64,000 nucleotides of DNA, taken from positions 22,210 through 86,209 of the IMG/VR virus record IMGVR_UViG_2935109043_000001. One strand, given 5' to 3'. This stretch comes from a virus. Lineage: Duplodnaviria; Caudoviricetes. Below the pieces are notes generated by a model that worked only from the letters and a program-made list of their open reading frames with translations, did not search any database and had not been told where the DNA came from. Below, piece by piece: positions 9,171 through 18,125 of the stretch. The translations under genes and the position numbers were made by a program. Positions within the stretch are counted from its first letter, which is position 1; every line of letters begins with the position of its first letter.

Positions 9171-10223
9171 TCACGCCGCCCAGGTTCCACGGATCGCGGC
9201 CGTGTTGAAGCCCGGCCCGTAGGCGACCATCACACCGTGTGCCCCGGCGGCGGGCGGCTCCGCGTGCGTCCGCTCCAAAATCCGCAGCACACTGGGACCG
9301 CCCAGGTTCCCCTCGTCCCCGAGCGTCGCCGTCGAGTGGCGTGTGTCGTGCTCGTCCAGGCCGAGAGCCCGCGCCGTGTCCGTGATGATCCGCTGACTGC
9401 CGGGGTGGATGACGGCCCAGTCCACGATGTGCTGCTGGCCGAGCCATCCAGTGACGCCGGGCAGTACGTCGTCCGCGGCGCTGAGGGCTTCCTTCGTGGA
9501 GTCGAAGTGCAGCCCGGCGGCGTCGATGCGGCCGGCGTATCGGGTGAGGCTGTCTGGGAGGACGTGCTCGTACGTGTCGGCCGGCCCGGTGAGGGTGAAG
9601 CCGGGGCCGTGGGGCTGGTTGCTGACGATGGTCGCCGCCGCGGAGTCCCCGAACAGCGCCTTGTAGATCATGTGCTCCACGGCGTTGTCGGCGTGGTTGT
9701 AGATCGCGGAGATGACCTCCGCGGCCACCACTAGGACGCGGGACCCGGGCCGTGCGGCGACCATGTCGGTGGCACGGATGAGGGCCTGTGTGCCGCCGGC
9801 GCAGGCGAGCGTGGTCAGCCCGACCCGCTGCACAGTGGCGGGGAGGCCGAGGCGCTGCACGAGGTGGACGTCGAGGCCGGGAACAGCCCAGCCGGTGGAG
9901 TGCGTGGTGACGATGCCGGTGATGTCCTGCGGGTCGAGGCCGTGGAGTGCGAGCGTGTCGCGTGCGGCTTGCTCAGCCATGTCGAGGGCGTCCTCGAACG
10001 CCGCGGTGGCGCGGGTGTCGATGGTCGCGGTGCCGGTGATGGTGTCGGCGGTGAGGGGCCTGGTGAAGTGCCGGGTCTGCACTCCGGTGTTGCCGACGAT
10101 GCGGAGGATGGACCGCAGCCGCGGGTGGTCGGCGTGGTGGTGCCGGATGTCGTCGGCTATCTCAGCGGTGGTGACTTTGTGGGCGCCGAGGACGGTGGTG
10201 GGCTGGGCAATGTGGATGGGCAT
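9171..10223 (-). CDS. Type III polyketide synthase (chalcone-synthase fold; RppA/PhlD/germicidin-synthase class)
   Basis: Catalytic Cys-His-Asn in LACAGG, IHPGS, GNLGG; ALFGDSAAA; YGPGF; 350 aa. Confidence 0.95.
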   Translation of the reverse strand: MPIHIAQPTTVLGAHKVTTAEIADDIRHHHADHPRLRSILRIVGNTGVQTRHFTRPLTADTITGTATIDTRATAAFEDALDMAEQAARDTLALHGLDPQDITGIVTTHSTGWAVPGLDVHLVQRLGLPATVQRVGLTTLACAGGTQALIRATDMVAARPGSRVLVVAAEVISAIYNHADNAVEHMIYKALFGDSAAATIVSNQPHGPGFTLTGPADTYEHVLPDSLTRYAGRIDAAGLHFDSTKEALSAADDVLPGVTGWLGQQHIVDWAVIHPGSQRIITDTARALGLDEHDTRHSTATLGDEGNLGGPSVLRILERTHAEPPAAGAHGVMVAYGPGFNTAAIRGTWAA

Positions 10224-10270
10224 GGTGGGCTCCCCTGTGGCGGCGTCGGAACGGGTGCGGGGGAGTGCTC

Positions 10271-10300
10271 ACGGTACGGCGGTTTGGCTTGATCGTTGCC
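10271..10300 (-). promoter_or_regulatory. Putative PKS promoter matching the late-gene promoter motif
   Basis: GGCAAC-N18-TACCGT on the minus strand. Confidence 0.55.
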
Positions 10301-10341
10301 TCAGCTTTTCGCCGTCTTGACGCGCGACCAGCCGAGAATGA

Positions 10342-10381
10342 TCCTCAGGCCCGACCGGTTGCTACCGGCCGGGCCTGAGGA
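10342..10381. terminator. Hairpin separating the PKS from upstream genes
   Basis: TCCTCAGGCCCG...CGGGCCTGAGGA. Confidence 0.6.
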
Positions 10382-10395
10382 GTGGCTGAGATGGG

Positions 10396-10749
10396 TCATT
10401 CCTTGTAGGCGATGGGGCCCAGTCCTTGGTGTGCGCGGTCGAGAGCGGCGTACAGCTGTTCCGCGGCGGCCTGCGCGTCATCGAGCCCGCCGAGCGTGGC
10501 CGCCAGGTCAGTGTCGAGGGTGTCCTTGTCGCTGCGGAGGTGCCCTTCTGCGTTCAGGGTCTCGATGTGCTGTCTGATCTGTTGAACGGCTTGGGGGAGG
10601 CGCATGGCGAGCTGGGAGAGGTTGGCGACGACGCTGTAGGCGTCGCCGGGGTACTCCCAGTCGGCTTGTGGGCTTTGGGTGGCGTGGTTGAGGGCGCGGA
10701 TGTGTTCGGCGGCCGTGTCGGCATGCTGGGCGGGGCTCTGCTGGGTCAT
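10396..10749 (-). CDS. Hypothetical helical protein
   Basis: RBS GAAGGTG; AEHIRALNHAT...YPGDAYSVV. Confidence 0.7.
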   Translation of the reverse strand: MTQQSPAQHADTAAEHIRALNHATQSPQADWEYPGDAYSVVANLSQLAMRLPQAVQQIRQHIETLNAEGHLRSDKDTLDTDLAATLGGLDDAQAAAEQLYAALDRAHQGLGPIAYKE

Positions 10750-10786
10750 GGCGTCACCTTCTCGTGCGGGTCGGACAGCTGGGGCG

Positions 10787-11611
10787 TCAGCGGGCTCGGA
10801 GCATCGGCGTGCGGGCGTGCGCACGCTCCGGCCCCGGATGAAACACGAGGATCACGAGGCGGGCACCGGGTGCGGCCATCGGCTGCGCCGCGCACATCGT
10901 CACCCACCCATCACCCAGCACCGCATGCCGTATCGGCCGCTCATCGCCGTCCGGGTGGATGTAGCCCGTCGACCCGTGCGTGTACAGGGCGTTCAGTTCG
11001 GGGTCGGCGTGTACGTCCCGTTCGATGGCTTGAAGCGTCGGGTCGTCGGGGCGGGCGGCGAGCGCGGCCCGGAGCTGGGGGAGGACGAACGGGGCCCAGT
11101 CGGTGGCCCAGTCGGTGAGGTGTTCGCGGCCGTCCCACAGCATCCACCGCATGGTGTTGTCCGGCGCCTCGGCCTGCGGGAACAGTTCGGCGAACTGGCT
11201 GTTGCAGGCCAGCAGGCCCCACGATGCGTCGGTCACGTACGCCATGTGCGTGATGCCGTCCACCGCGGTCTGCCACACCCCCGGCACCTGATGCCCGGAC
11301 TGCGGATACAGCGGCGCCGGCGGGTCCTCCGCCCGCGCGTACCGGTACAGGGCCACCCACTCCTGCTCGGTGAGTGAGAGGAGCTGCGCGACGGCCTGGA
11401 GGAGGTCTGAGGGCGGGTGTTTGTAGATGCCGGATTCGAGGCGGTGGTAGGTGCCGATGGCTCGGCTGGTGAGGATGTCGACTTGTTGTTGGGAGAGGCC
11501 GGGGGCGCGTCGGCCGCTGCCGGTGGGTCGGGTGAGGCCGTGGGTGGTGGGGTCGATGAGGGCGCGGCGTTCTTGGAGGAGGGCTTGGAGGGCTTTCTTG
11601 CGGGTGTGCAT
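10787..11611 (-). CDS. MmyB/MltR-family regulator (XRE HTH plus PAS-like ligand-binding domain)
   Basis: GRRAPGLSQQQVD...YHRLESG; MAYVTDASWGLLACN; NTMRWML; RHAVLG. Confidence 0.92.
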   Translation of the reverse strand: MHTRKKALQALLQERRALIDPTTHGLTRPTGSGRRAPGLSQQQVDILTSRAIGTYHRLESGIYKHPPSDLLQAVAQLLSLTEQEWVALYRYARAEDPPAPLYPQSGHQVPGVWQTAVDGITHMAYVTDASWGLLACNSQFAELFPQAEAPDNTMRWMLWDGREHLTDWATDWAPFVLPQLRAALAARPDDPTLQAIERDVHADPELNALYTHGSTGYIHPDGDERPIRHAVLGDGWVTMCAAQPMAAPGARLVILVFHPGPERAHARTPMLRAR

Positions 11612-11984
11612 GGTGTGGATTCCCCCGTGTTACTGACTGGTTATCAAGCGGCTTCTTGTGGGCGTGTTTTTGGTGTGAAAAACCTACCGAAGAAAGGTGG
11701 TGGGTGTGTGGTGCATGCTCGTCCTTGCAGCGTCCTGCCTGGCTCTGTTGGGGCTGGTGTGGGGGGTTGTGGCCGTCTCGTGACAGTGCTGTGGTGGGGT
11801 TTCGGGGATTCCGGGGTTCTGCTTGCGGTGGTGTCAGCTTTTTAGGGGCGTGCAGGGAGTCGAATTCCGGCTTGGGTGGCCGTGAATACCGCAGCCTCTC
11901 CTTGCACGTCCCTTTTCTGCTGCCCGAAATCGGGTTGGGGAAGCAGCGTGGCGGCCCGGTGGGGACGGGCCGCCGGTAGTGGGG

Positions 11985-12392
11985 TCAGGACGGGCCGAAG
12001 CGCCACCAGCCGTCGTAGCCGTCCGGAACAGCCGGATAGTTCGCGAGCATCGGCTGGAGGATCGCGAGGTGCCGCTGCTGCTCGGCGAGGGTGACGTTGC
12101 CCCAGTACGAGTCGCCGTCCCATCGGCCGTGGGTGTCTCCGCCGTAGCGGCCGTCGGTGTGCTGCTCCAGGAACTGGCGGGCGTCGGCGGGCTCGGGGTG
12201 CTGAAGGTCCCAGAGGTGTCCGATGCAGGCGACGGTGACGCCTCGGCGGCGACGGAACCAGACGGCGTTGATGGTGCCGTCGTAGGTGTAGTCGTTGCGG
12301 CCCTGCGGGGTGTCGGTGCGGCTGCCGCGCAGGCTGTTGAGGTCGACGGCGTAGGGCTTGCGGGAGATCAGGAACTTGTCTTCGCGGATCAC
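11985..12392 (-). CDS. Hypothetical protein
   Basis: RBS GGGAG; GTGA overlap. Confidence 0.7.
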   Translation of the reverse strand: MIREDKFLISRKPYAVDLNSLRGSRTDTPQGRNDYTYDGTINAVWFRRRRGVTVACIGHLWDLQHPEPADARQFLEQHTDGRYGGDTHGRWDGDSYWGNVTLAEQQRHLAILQPMLANYPAVPDGYDGWWRFGPS

Positions 12393-12619
12393 GGGGACTC
12401 CCTGACGAGGGCGTCGGCGAGGATGGCGGCGATGCGGTCGATGGGTCCGGAGAGGTCGACCTCGATGACGCGGCCCTGATACCAGACGACGGGCTGAAAG
12501 CGGGTGCGGCGGCACTCTTCCTCGGTGCTGTTGCCGCACTCGCCGGAACAGGTGGCGGCCCGGATGGCGTCGGCGATCCGGTCGCGGAGCTGCTGCGGGT
12601 CGGGCTGGGCAGTGGTCAC
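12389..12619 (-). CDS. Small hypothetical protein
   Basis: Coupled ORF; QLRDRIADAI. Confidence 0.6.
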   Translation of the reverse strand: MTTAQPDPQQLRDRIADAIRAATCSGECGNSTEEECRRTRFQPVVWYQGRVIEVDLSGPIDRIAAILADALVRESP

Positions 12620-12888
12620 GGCGTCTCCAGACGGTCGAGGGTGGGCGTGCCGGCGGCGTCCAGGGCCCCGTTGACGGCGCGCCAGATCATGGCGTTGCGG
12701 TGGAGGGTGTCGGCGGGCATGTGCGTGCCGAGGTCGCGTATCCGTGCCCAGGTGACGGCGTAGGCGGCGTCCCGGCCGAGGTGTGTCTGCTGTGCCTGGG
12801 TTTCCAGGGCGGCGAGGCGGGCGTACAGGTCGTCGAGGGCGTCGTCGGTGATCGAGGTAGCCGTGTACCGGACCAGAGCAGTCGTCAT
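12616..12888 (-). CDS. Small hypothetical protein
   Basis: RBS AAGGAG; ITDDALDDLY motif. Confidence 0.65.
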   Translation of the reverse strand: MTTALVRYTATSITDDALDDLYARLAALETQAQQTHLGRDAAYAVTWARIRDLGTHMPADTLHRNAMIWRAVNGALDAAGTPTLDRLETP

Positions 12889-13091
12889 GGGCGCTCCTTG
12901 GCGCAGATGGGGCAGAGGTCGAGGAGGGGCCCGCCTTCGGGGTGTCGGCGGGTGCGCCAGCCGTCCATGCGGCGCAGGGACCGCAGTTCGGCGTGGGTGG
13001 TCACGCGGGTCGGCGAGTGGGTCTCGGCGCCGCACGGCTCGCCTCGGGGCGGACCGTCGCAGACGATCACGAGGTAGGTGTCGGCGCTCAT
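12885..13091 (-). CDS. Small Zn-finger-like phage protein
   Basis: CDG...CG...GW...DLCPIC. Confidence 0.7.
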   Translation of the reverse strand: MSADTYLVIVCDGPPRGEPCGAETHSPTRVTTHAELRSLRRMDGWRTRRHPEGGPLLDLCPICAKERP

Positions 13092-13465
13092 GCGACCGCC
13101 TTCCGGGATCGGCCGCTGTGCCAGGGCAGGGCCAGCCCGTCGTCTGCGGCACGGGGAACAAGGTGGAGGTGGAGATGCCAAACCGACTGCGTGGCGTGCA
13201 CGCCCTTGCTGGTGATGAGGTTGGCGTGCACCAGGTCCAGGTCACGGCAGAGCTGCGCTGTCCGGCGGGCGGTCGCCCCGGTCACGTCGGGGTCGTCCGC
13301 GAAGTCGGTGACGTGGGTCTTGGGGATGATCAGGGTGTGGCCGTCGACGACCGGGCCGAGCGGCACGATGGCGACGGCGTCAGACCAGTCGCGGACGGCA
13401 GTGGCGGGCGCCCGGCCGTCGATGATGAGGCAGAACGGGCAGTCGCGGGTGAGGGTGGCGGTCAT
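13088..13465 (-). CDS. HIT-family nucleotide hydrolase
   Basis: CPFC; GHTLIIPK; QSVWHLHLHLVPR. Confidence 0.93.
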   Translation of the reverse strand: MTATLTRDCPFCLIIDGRAPATAVRDWSDAVAIVPLGPVVDGHTLIIPKTHVTDFADDPDVTGATARRTAQLCRDLDLVHANLITSKGVHATQSVWHLHLHLVPRAADDGLALPWHSGRSRKAVA

Positions 13466-14013
13466 CGGGCACCGCCCGTCTCGACCTCGTCGGCGGGGCG
13501 GAGCTCGCGGGTGGCGAGGTCGCGCAGCGCGCACGGGCCGCCGTTGCAAGCACCAGTGTCGCCGCACTGCGGGCAGGCGAGACCCTGCTGCTCGCGGAGC
13601 AGCACGGCCGCCCGGTCGGTGGGCGGGGGCGTAGCGGGCTGCTCAGCGCCCGTGCCATCCACCCGGACCATCGGATCGGCTCCCGTCCATGATCGGCTGT
13701 CGATGTCGGAGATCCACGCCAAGGCGACCGCAGCCACCTGCACCAGCTCGGTACGCAACAGCGTCGGGTCGGACTCGGCCAGCGCCTCCTGGACCTCCTC
13801 GGTGAGGATGTCGTTCCAGGTGAGCTGCCCGGTGCGGGTGGTGTGGTCGCAGTGGCGGCGGGCCGCGTCAGCGCGTTCCTTGTCGGTGGCGCTGCCGGTG
13901 CCGTCGGGGTGGTGCTGGTCGCCGAAGCGGGCGATCTGACGCTGCCGCTCCGCGTCGACCTCGACCATGTGCCGGTCGAGACCGGGGGTGGCGAGGGTGG
14001 GCTGGGTGGTCAC
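13462..14013 (-). CDS. Hypothetical protein, MazG-like all-alpha nucleotide pyrophosphatase features
   Basis: ILTEEVQEA...ELVQVAAVALAWI. Confidence 0.65.
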   Translation of the reverse strand: MTTQPTLATPGLDRHMVEVDAERQRQIARFGDQHHPDGTGSATDKERADAARRHCDHTTRTGQLTWNDILTEEVQEALAESDPTLLRTELVQVAAVALAWISDIDSRSWTGADPMVRVDGTGAEQPATPPPTDRAAVLLREQQGLACPQCGDTGACNGGPCALRDLATRELRPADEVETGGAR

Positions 14014-14025
14014 CGGGTGGTCCTT

Positions 14026-14331
14026 TCAGAGAGACCAGAGGGTGGGCTGGTGGTCGGTGAGCGCCAGTTCGGTCTGGCCGGGCAGTAGATCGTCCGGGCG
14101 TGGGGCGGGAATGGTGGCGCGGACGGTGCGCTGCCGCTGCTGGCGTTCGCATACGGGGCCGAGGCCGGATGGTGTGGGGTGGCGCATGGCTCGTCCGCAG
14201 CGTCGGCAGTAGGCGGTGGTGTGCGTGCTGGGCGGAAGCTCGGCGGGTGGTGTGTCGCCGGGGAGGGGGAGTGTGGTGATGGGCCGGCCGCGCCAGTGGT
14301 GTTTGGTGGGGTGCGGGGCGACGGTCGTCAT
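14026..14331 (-). CDS. DUF6011-like Zn-binding protein
   Basis: CRRCGR...GLGPVC. Confidence 0.75.
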   Translation of the reverse strand: MTTVAPHPTKHHWRGRPITTLPLPGDTPPAELPPSTHTTAYCRRCGRAMRHPTPSGLGPVCERQQRQRTVRATIPAPRPDDLLPGQTELALTDHQPTLWSL

Positions 14332-14516
14332 GCCGCGTCGGGGACGCCCGGGCCGGCCTGCCGGGCGCGGCGCTTCTCGGCGTCGATGGCGTCGAGGGCG
14401 GCGGTGAGGTCGGCGAGGTGTTGGGCTTGTTCGGCGGGGGTCCAGGCGGTGGGGCGTTGGCCGCCGAAGTTGCCGGTGGGGATGTCTTCGGTGAGGGCTT
14501 TCGCGAGGTGGTTCAT
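14328..14516 (-). CDS. Small hypothetical protein
   Basis: RBS GGAGG; first ORF of the leftward operon. Confidence 0.6.
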   Translation of the reverse strand: MNHLAKALTEDIPTGNFGGQRPTAWTPAEQAQHLADLTAALDAIDAEKRRARQAGPGVPDAA

Positions 14517-14609
14517 GGGGCCTCCCGGGGTGGGGGCGGGGTGTGGTGGTTTCAGGGTGCGCGGTTTCCGGCGGGGTGTTGCCCCGGGTTTCGCGCTCCT
14601 CCTGATGGT

Positions 14610-14644
14610 CTCATACTCCATTGCGTGACGCAATGGAGTATGAG
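14610..14644. promoter_or_regulatory. Perfect 17-1-17 palindrome (operator-like), copy 2
   Basis: CTCATACTCCATTGCGT-G-ACGCAATGGAGTATGAG. Confidence 0.85.
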
Positions 14645-14691
14645 GATTGAAGAGAAGGGTGCCAGGCCAAAACCCAACACCCTCCTGCTGA

Positions 14692-15093
14692 TCAACTGGC
14701 CGACGCGACCCGCCCCAACCCCGACAACGGCACCTCCGCCCGCCGCACCGCAGACGACGCCGACAACAACGCCCCCTGCACACCCAACAGCTCGGCCGTT
14801 GCCACCTCAGCCCGCGCCACCGCGTCCCCGCCGTCATCCGCGACCAGCACGCCCTCCCGCTCCAGCCGGCGCACCGCCCGCTTCGCCTCCGCCGCCACGG
14901 CCGCCAGCCGCTCCATGGCCAGGCCGACACCGACGAGGGTCGCGGCGATCTGCGAAGGCTCCCGGTACGCGTGCGGGTGCCGACCTGCGGCGAGGAGCTG
15001 TTTCGCGGTCTCGGCGAGGGTGATGGCGTGGAGCTTCGGCGCGTCGCCGGCATCAAAGGTGGGTGGTGTGGGGGTGGTGTGGGTGGTGGTCAT
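14692..15093 (-). CDS. Hypothetical helical protein, loosely similar to 10396..10749
   Basis: RBS GGAG; similar layout (xPxxxxxxxxxL...RL...L..EG.L..D). Confidence 0.6.
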   Translation of the reverse strand: MTTTHTTPTPPTFDAGDAPKLHAITLAETAKQLLAAGRHPHAYREPSQIAATLVGVGLAMERLAAVAAEAKRAVRRLEREGVLVADDGGDAVARAEVATAELLGVQGALLSASSAVRRAEVPLSGLGRVASAS

Positions 15094-15214
15094 GTTGGTC
15101 TCCGCAGGGCCAATTGAGGTCTTTGTGGGGGAGTGTGCCAGCCGCGACGGACAGTCCGGGCCTGGTTCTGGTAGTGGCCACCGCCGGAACGCGGGTGGTG
15201 TGCAGAATCGGCGC

Positions 15215-15820
15215 ATGACAGAAGCGTGGGGGGTAGTGATCGCCGCACTGGTCGCCGGTGTCGTCGCGGTCGCAGGCAGCTTCATCGGCCTGTACGTCGG
15301 CCGGCGACAAGTCCAGGACCAGGCGAGCGCGGAACACGAACAGTGGCTTCGGAACCAGCAAAAGGAGGCGTACAGCAAGTACCTGGCTGCGTGGGACAAG
15401 GCCTTCGCAGACGTGAGACGGGAAGCTCTTGTACAGCGCCCCCCAGAAGCGGACGTCATCAACACCAGTCGGGTGAACAGCTTCGACGAGGACGACTGGC
15501 ACCGCGCCTCGGGAACAGTCAAAGCGGCGTTTGCGGCGGTTGAACCAGAACGGGAGCAGGTTCTGCTGCTTGGACCAGCTTCGGTGGATCTAGCAGTCAC
15601 ACGTATGGGTGAGGTTCTTGAGGTGTTGAGGTTGGCGTTTATCCACGAGCTGCTCGCTGGGCCGCGTCCTGACGTGCCATGGAAGCAGGCACTCGTCGAG
15701 GCGCAGACTGCGCGTCATAATCTGGCGGACGCGATGCGGATGCAGGTGCGATCGGCTCCGATGGTCGGCCCGGTGAAACAGCGCGGAGGTGGCCAGCAGA
15801 GCAGGGCGTTGTCTGGCTGA
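15215..15820 (+). CDS. Membrane-anchored hypothetical protein (moron-like)
   Basis: N-terminal hydrophobic helix WGVVIAALVAGVVAVAGSFIGLYV; weaker GC3 bias than neighbours. Confidence 0.7.
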   Translation: MTEAWGVVIAALVAGVVAVAGSFIGLYVGRRQVQDQASAEHEQWLRNQQKEAYSKYLAAWDKAFADVRREALVQRPPEADVINTSRVNSFDEDDWHRASGTVKAAFAAVEPEREQVLLLGPASVDLAVTRMGEVLEVLRLAFIHELLAGPRPDVPWKQALVEAQTARHNLADAMRMQVRSAPMVGPVKQRGGGQQSRALSG

Positions 15821-15889
15821 CGGGTGAGGTGTCGTGGCGGGCGTCGTGTCGCGGGTGCGGTACGGCGCCCGTTGTCGTGTGCTGGATGG

Positions 15890-16870
15890 GTGTTGGAGCC
15901 GCCGATTCGTCCGATGACTGCCGAGGCCCGCGCCGAGCTGCCGCCGGCGGGGAAGCCGGGCTCGATGTTCTGGCAGCAGAAAGTCGACGGGTACCGGATC
16001 GTGGCGTTCATCCGCGGCGGCCGGCTGTACCTCCAGTCGAAGTCGGGCGCGGACCTCACCGCCCACTTCCCCGAGCTCCAGGCCACGGCCGCAGGCGCCG
16101 GGGAGGACCTGGTGTTGGACGGGGAGCTGGTGGTGCTGCGCGACGGCCGTCTCGATTTTGAGGCGTTGCAGCAGCGGGCCCGGCTGGGCGGGTTCCGGGC
16201 CCGGTCGGCGTCACGGTCGTCACCGGCGCATGTGGTGCTGTTCGACCTGCTGGGCGCTGACGGGGTGTCGTGGATGGGACGCCCGTACCGGGAGCGGTGG
16301 GCGCGCCTGGAGCAGCTTGTGGAGGGCGGCGCGTTGGGTGGCCGGTGGGTGCTGGTCGGGTCGACGCTGGATCGTGACCGGGCGGTGGAGTGGATGGACC
16401 CGGCGTGGGGCCGTGTGGGTGTCGAGGGTGTGGTCTACAAGCCTGCTGGGGGCGTGTACAGGCCGGGGAAGGCCGGGTGGGCGAAGGTGCGGGCGCGGGA
16501 GACGGCGGAGGGCGTGGTGGCGTCCGTGACGGGCCCGGTGGCGGCGCCGGACACGCTGCTGCTGGCCCGCCGGGACGCGGAGGGGAACTTGCGGATGGTG
16601 GCCCGCACTGTGCCTCTCGCCGCGGCGGTACGCCGGCAGGTCGGTGCGCTCCTCACTACGGCGGGGCCGGACCATCCGTGGCATGGGGTGCGGTTCTCGG
16701 CCGGCTGGGGCATCAAGGCGACGCTGCCGCACACACCGGTCGAGCCGGTGCTGGTTGCCGAGTTCGCCGGGGACACGGCGGTCGATGATGCGGGCCGCTA
16801 CCGGCATCCGGTCCGGTTCGTGCGGCTCCGCGACGACATGGCACCAGACGCGGTACCGCCGATGCCGTGA
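15890..16870 (+). CDS. ATP-dependent DNA ligase (LigC/LigD-ligase type)
   Basis: QKVDGYR adenylation motif; LDGELV; LFDLL; EGVVYK; RYRHPVRFVRLRDD. Confidence 0.93.
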   Translation: MLEPPIRPMTAEARAELPPAGKPGSMFWQQKVDGYRIVAFIRGGRLYLQSKSGADLTAHFPELQATAAGAGEDLVLDGELVVLRDGRLDFEALQQRARLGGFRARSASRSSPAHVVLFDLLGADGVSWMGRPYRERWARLEQLVEGGALGGRWVLVGSTLDRDRAVEWMDPAWGRVGVEGVVYKPAGGVYRPGKAGWAKVRARETAEGVVASVTGPVAAPDTLLLARRDAEGNLRMVARTVPLAAAVRRQVGALLTTAGPDHPWHGVRFSAGWGIKATLPHTPVEPVLVAEFAGDTAVDDAGRYRHPVRFVRLRDDMAPDAVPPMP

Positions 16871-16877
16871 GCGGGTG

Positions 16878-17213
16878 CTAGTCGGTGGTGGCGCGGCCGC
16901 GGGTCGCGTTGCGGATGTGGGCTGGGCTGAGGCCGGTACGGGCGGCGAGCGTGTCGAGGGTGGCGCCGGCTTTGTGGGCGGCGCGGATGGTGTGGTTGCG
17001 CCAGGCGACGTGCTGCTGGCGTCGGTGTGCGGAGGCGATGGTGCGTTGGAGGAGGACAGCGGCGTGGAGGAGGAGGGTGGCTTTCCAGCGGGCGCCGGGG
17101 CGGGGCACGGTTGCGGGCACGGGTCTCCCTTGGGCGGTGTGGTGTGGTGTGTCCGCTATGACGGTGACGCCCCGCCGTGGGGTGATCAAGAGCGCGAAGT
17201 GGACAGGTTGCAC
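16878..17213 (-). CDS. Small HTH-like protein
   Basis: IRAAHKAGATLDTLAARTGLS. Confidence 0.55.
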   Translation of the reverse strand: MQPVHFALLITPRRGVTVIADTPHHTAQGRPVPATVPRPGARWKATLLLHAAVLLQRTIASAHRRQQHVAWRNHTIRAAHKAGATLDTLAARTGLSPAHIRNATRGRATTD

Positions 17214-17271
17214 CCATTGTCAGGAAACGGAAGCAGGGGTGTAATGGGGCGCCACAAACGGGAGGGGGCTC

Positions 17272-17547
17272 ATGTCGAGGCGCAGACGAGTTGGGACACG
17301 GCCGGAAGATATTGCGGCTGAGAGAGCCAGGCCGGCTATTGAGGTCTGGATTCCGCCGTTCAAGCCTGACGGCCCCCGGAAGGTGCGGCCTCGCGTTCCA
17401 GCTCCCGAGGAGACCGCGGAAAGCGAGTCCGCCGCCGAGTCGGATGGGTGGATCACCAAGCCTCTGGACCCTGCGCGGTCAACCGGGCCGAGCCGCAGTG
17501 TGCGCGCAGTTCCGTCGGGGCTTCCGGGGCTCGGCAGGCGGCGTTAG
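17272..17547 (+). CDS. Hypothetical protein
   Basis: RBS GGAGGG; ends RAVPSGLPGLGRRR. Confidence 0.5.
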   Translation: MSRRRRVGTRPEDIAAERARPAIEVWIPPFKPDGPRKVRPRVPAPEETAESESAAESDGWITKPLDPARSTGPSRSVRAVPSGLPGLGRRR

Positions 17548-17681
17548 CTGTCCGAGGACGTTCGCATGGCAAGGGGCGGCAACCGCGGTGGGGTGCCGCC
17601 CCTTGGTCACGCTCATCGTGGCTGCTCATGTACCGCATGCCCTGGCCGTGGGTAGTGTGCTGTGGCCGCCCGGATGGGTCC

Positions 17682-18077
17682 TCACCTGTCTGTTGGCTTC
17701 TCCCCGAGTGCGGCCAGCTCGGTTACGGCCAGGTGCTCGAAGCCGGCCGCGGGGCGTTCTGCGTACTTTTTGAAGAACTCCCAGGCTGACTGTCGGGTCA
17801 TGCCGAGCGCGTGGCCGACCTCGGTCCAGGTGGCGCCTTCTCGGCGGGCTTCGCCAGTGATCCATCCACGGCTTGCTGTCATGGACTCGGCCAGCAGCCT
17901 CGTTGCCGTGAGCGCCTCCAGCGCGGTCACAGGTTCCGTGCGGTCGTTGTCGTGCTGCGAAAGGTAGTTGTTGATGATCGAGACGAGGGTGGGCATCGGG
18001 ACCCCCCGCATCTCTGTCTCGTCAGGGAAGTCGTCGAGGTAGTTGGCCAGGATCGCTTTTGCATTCATGTCCACCAT
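17682..18077 (-). CDS. Small HTH protein
   Basis: ARREGATWTEVGHALGMTRQSAWE. Confidence 0.75.
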   Translation of the reverse strand: MVDMNAKAILANYLDDFPDETEMRGVPMPTLVSIINNYLSQHDNDRTEPVTALEALTATRLLAESMTASRGWITGEARREGATWTEVGHALGMTRQSAWEFFKKYAERPAAGFEHLAVTELAALGEKPTDR

Positions 18078-18080
18078 GCT

Positions 18081-18122
18081 CGTAAGGCTAGCCTGACGGG
18101 CGGGTGTCAGGCTAGCCTTACG
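18081..18122. promoter_or_regulatory. 17-8-17 inverted repeat between divergent HTH genes
   Basis: CGTAAGGCTAGCCTGAC-N8-GTCAGGCTAGCCTTACG; each arm contains the palindrome AGGCTAGCCT. Confidence 0.8.
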
Positions 18123-18125
18123 GAC

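Noticed and set aside
9171-11611. Host biosynthetic cluster interrupting two separate prophages
   Set aside because: No tailoring or transport genes. Phage-type genes and paired palindromes lie on both sides, and the PKS shares the phage promoter motif.
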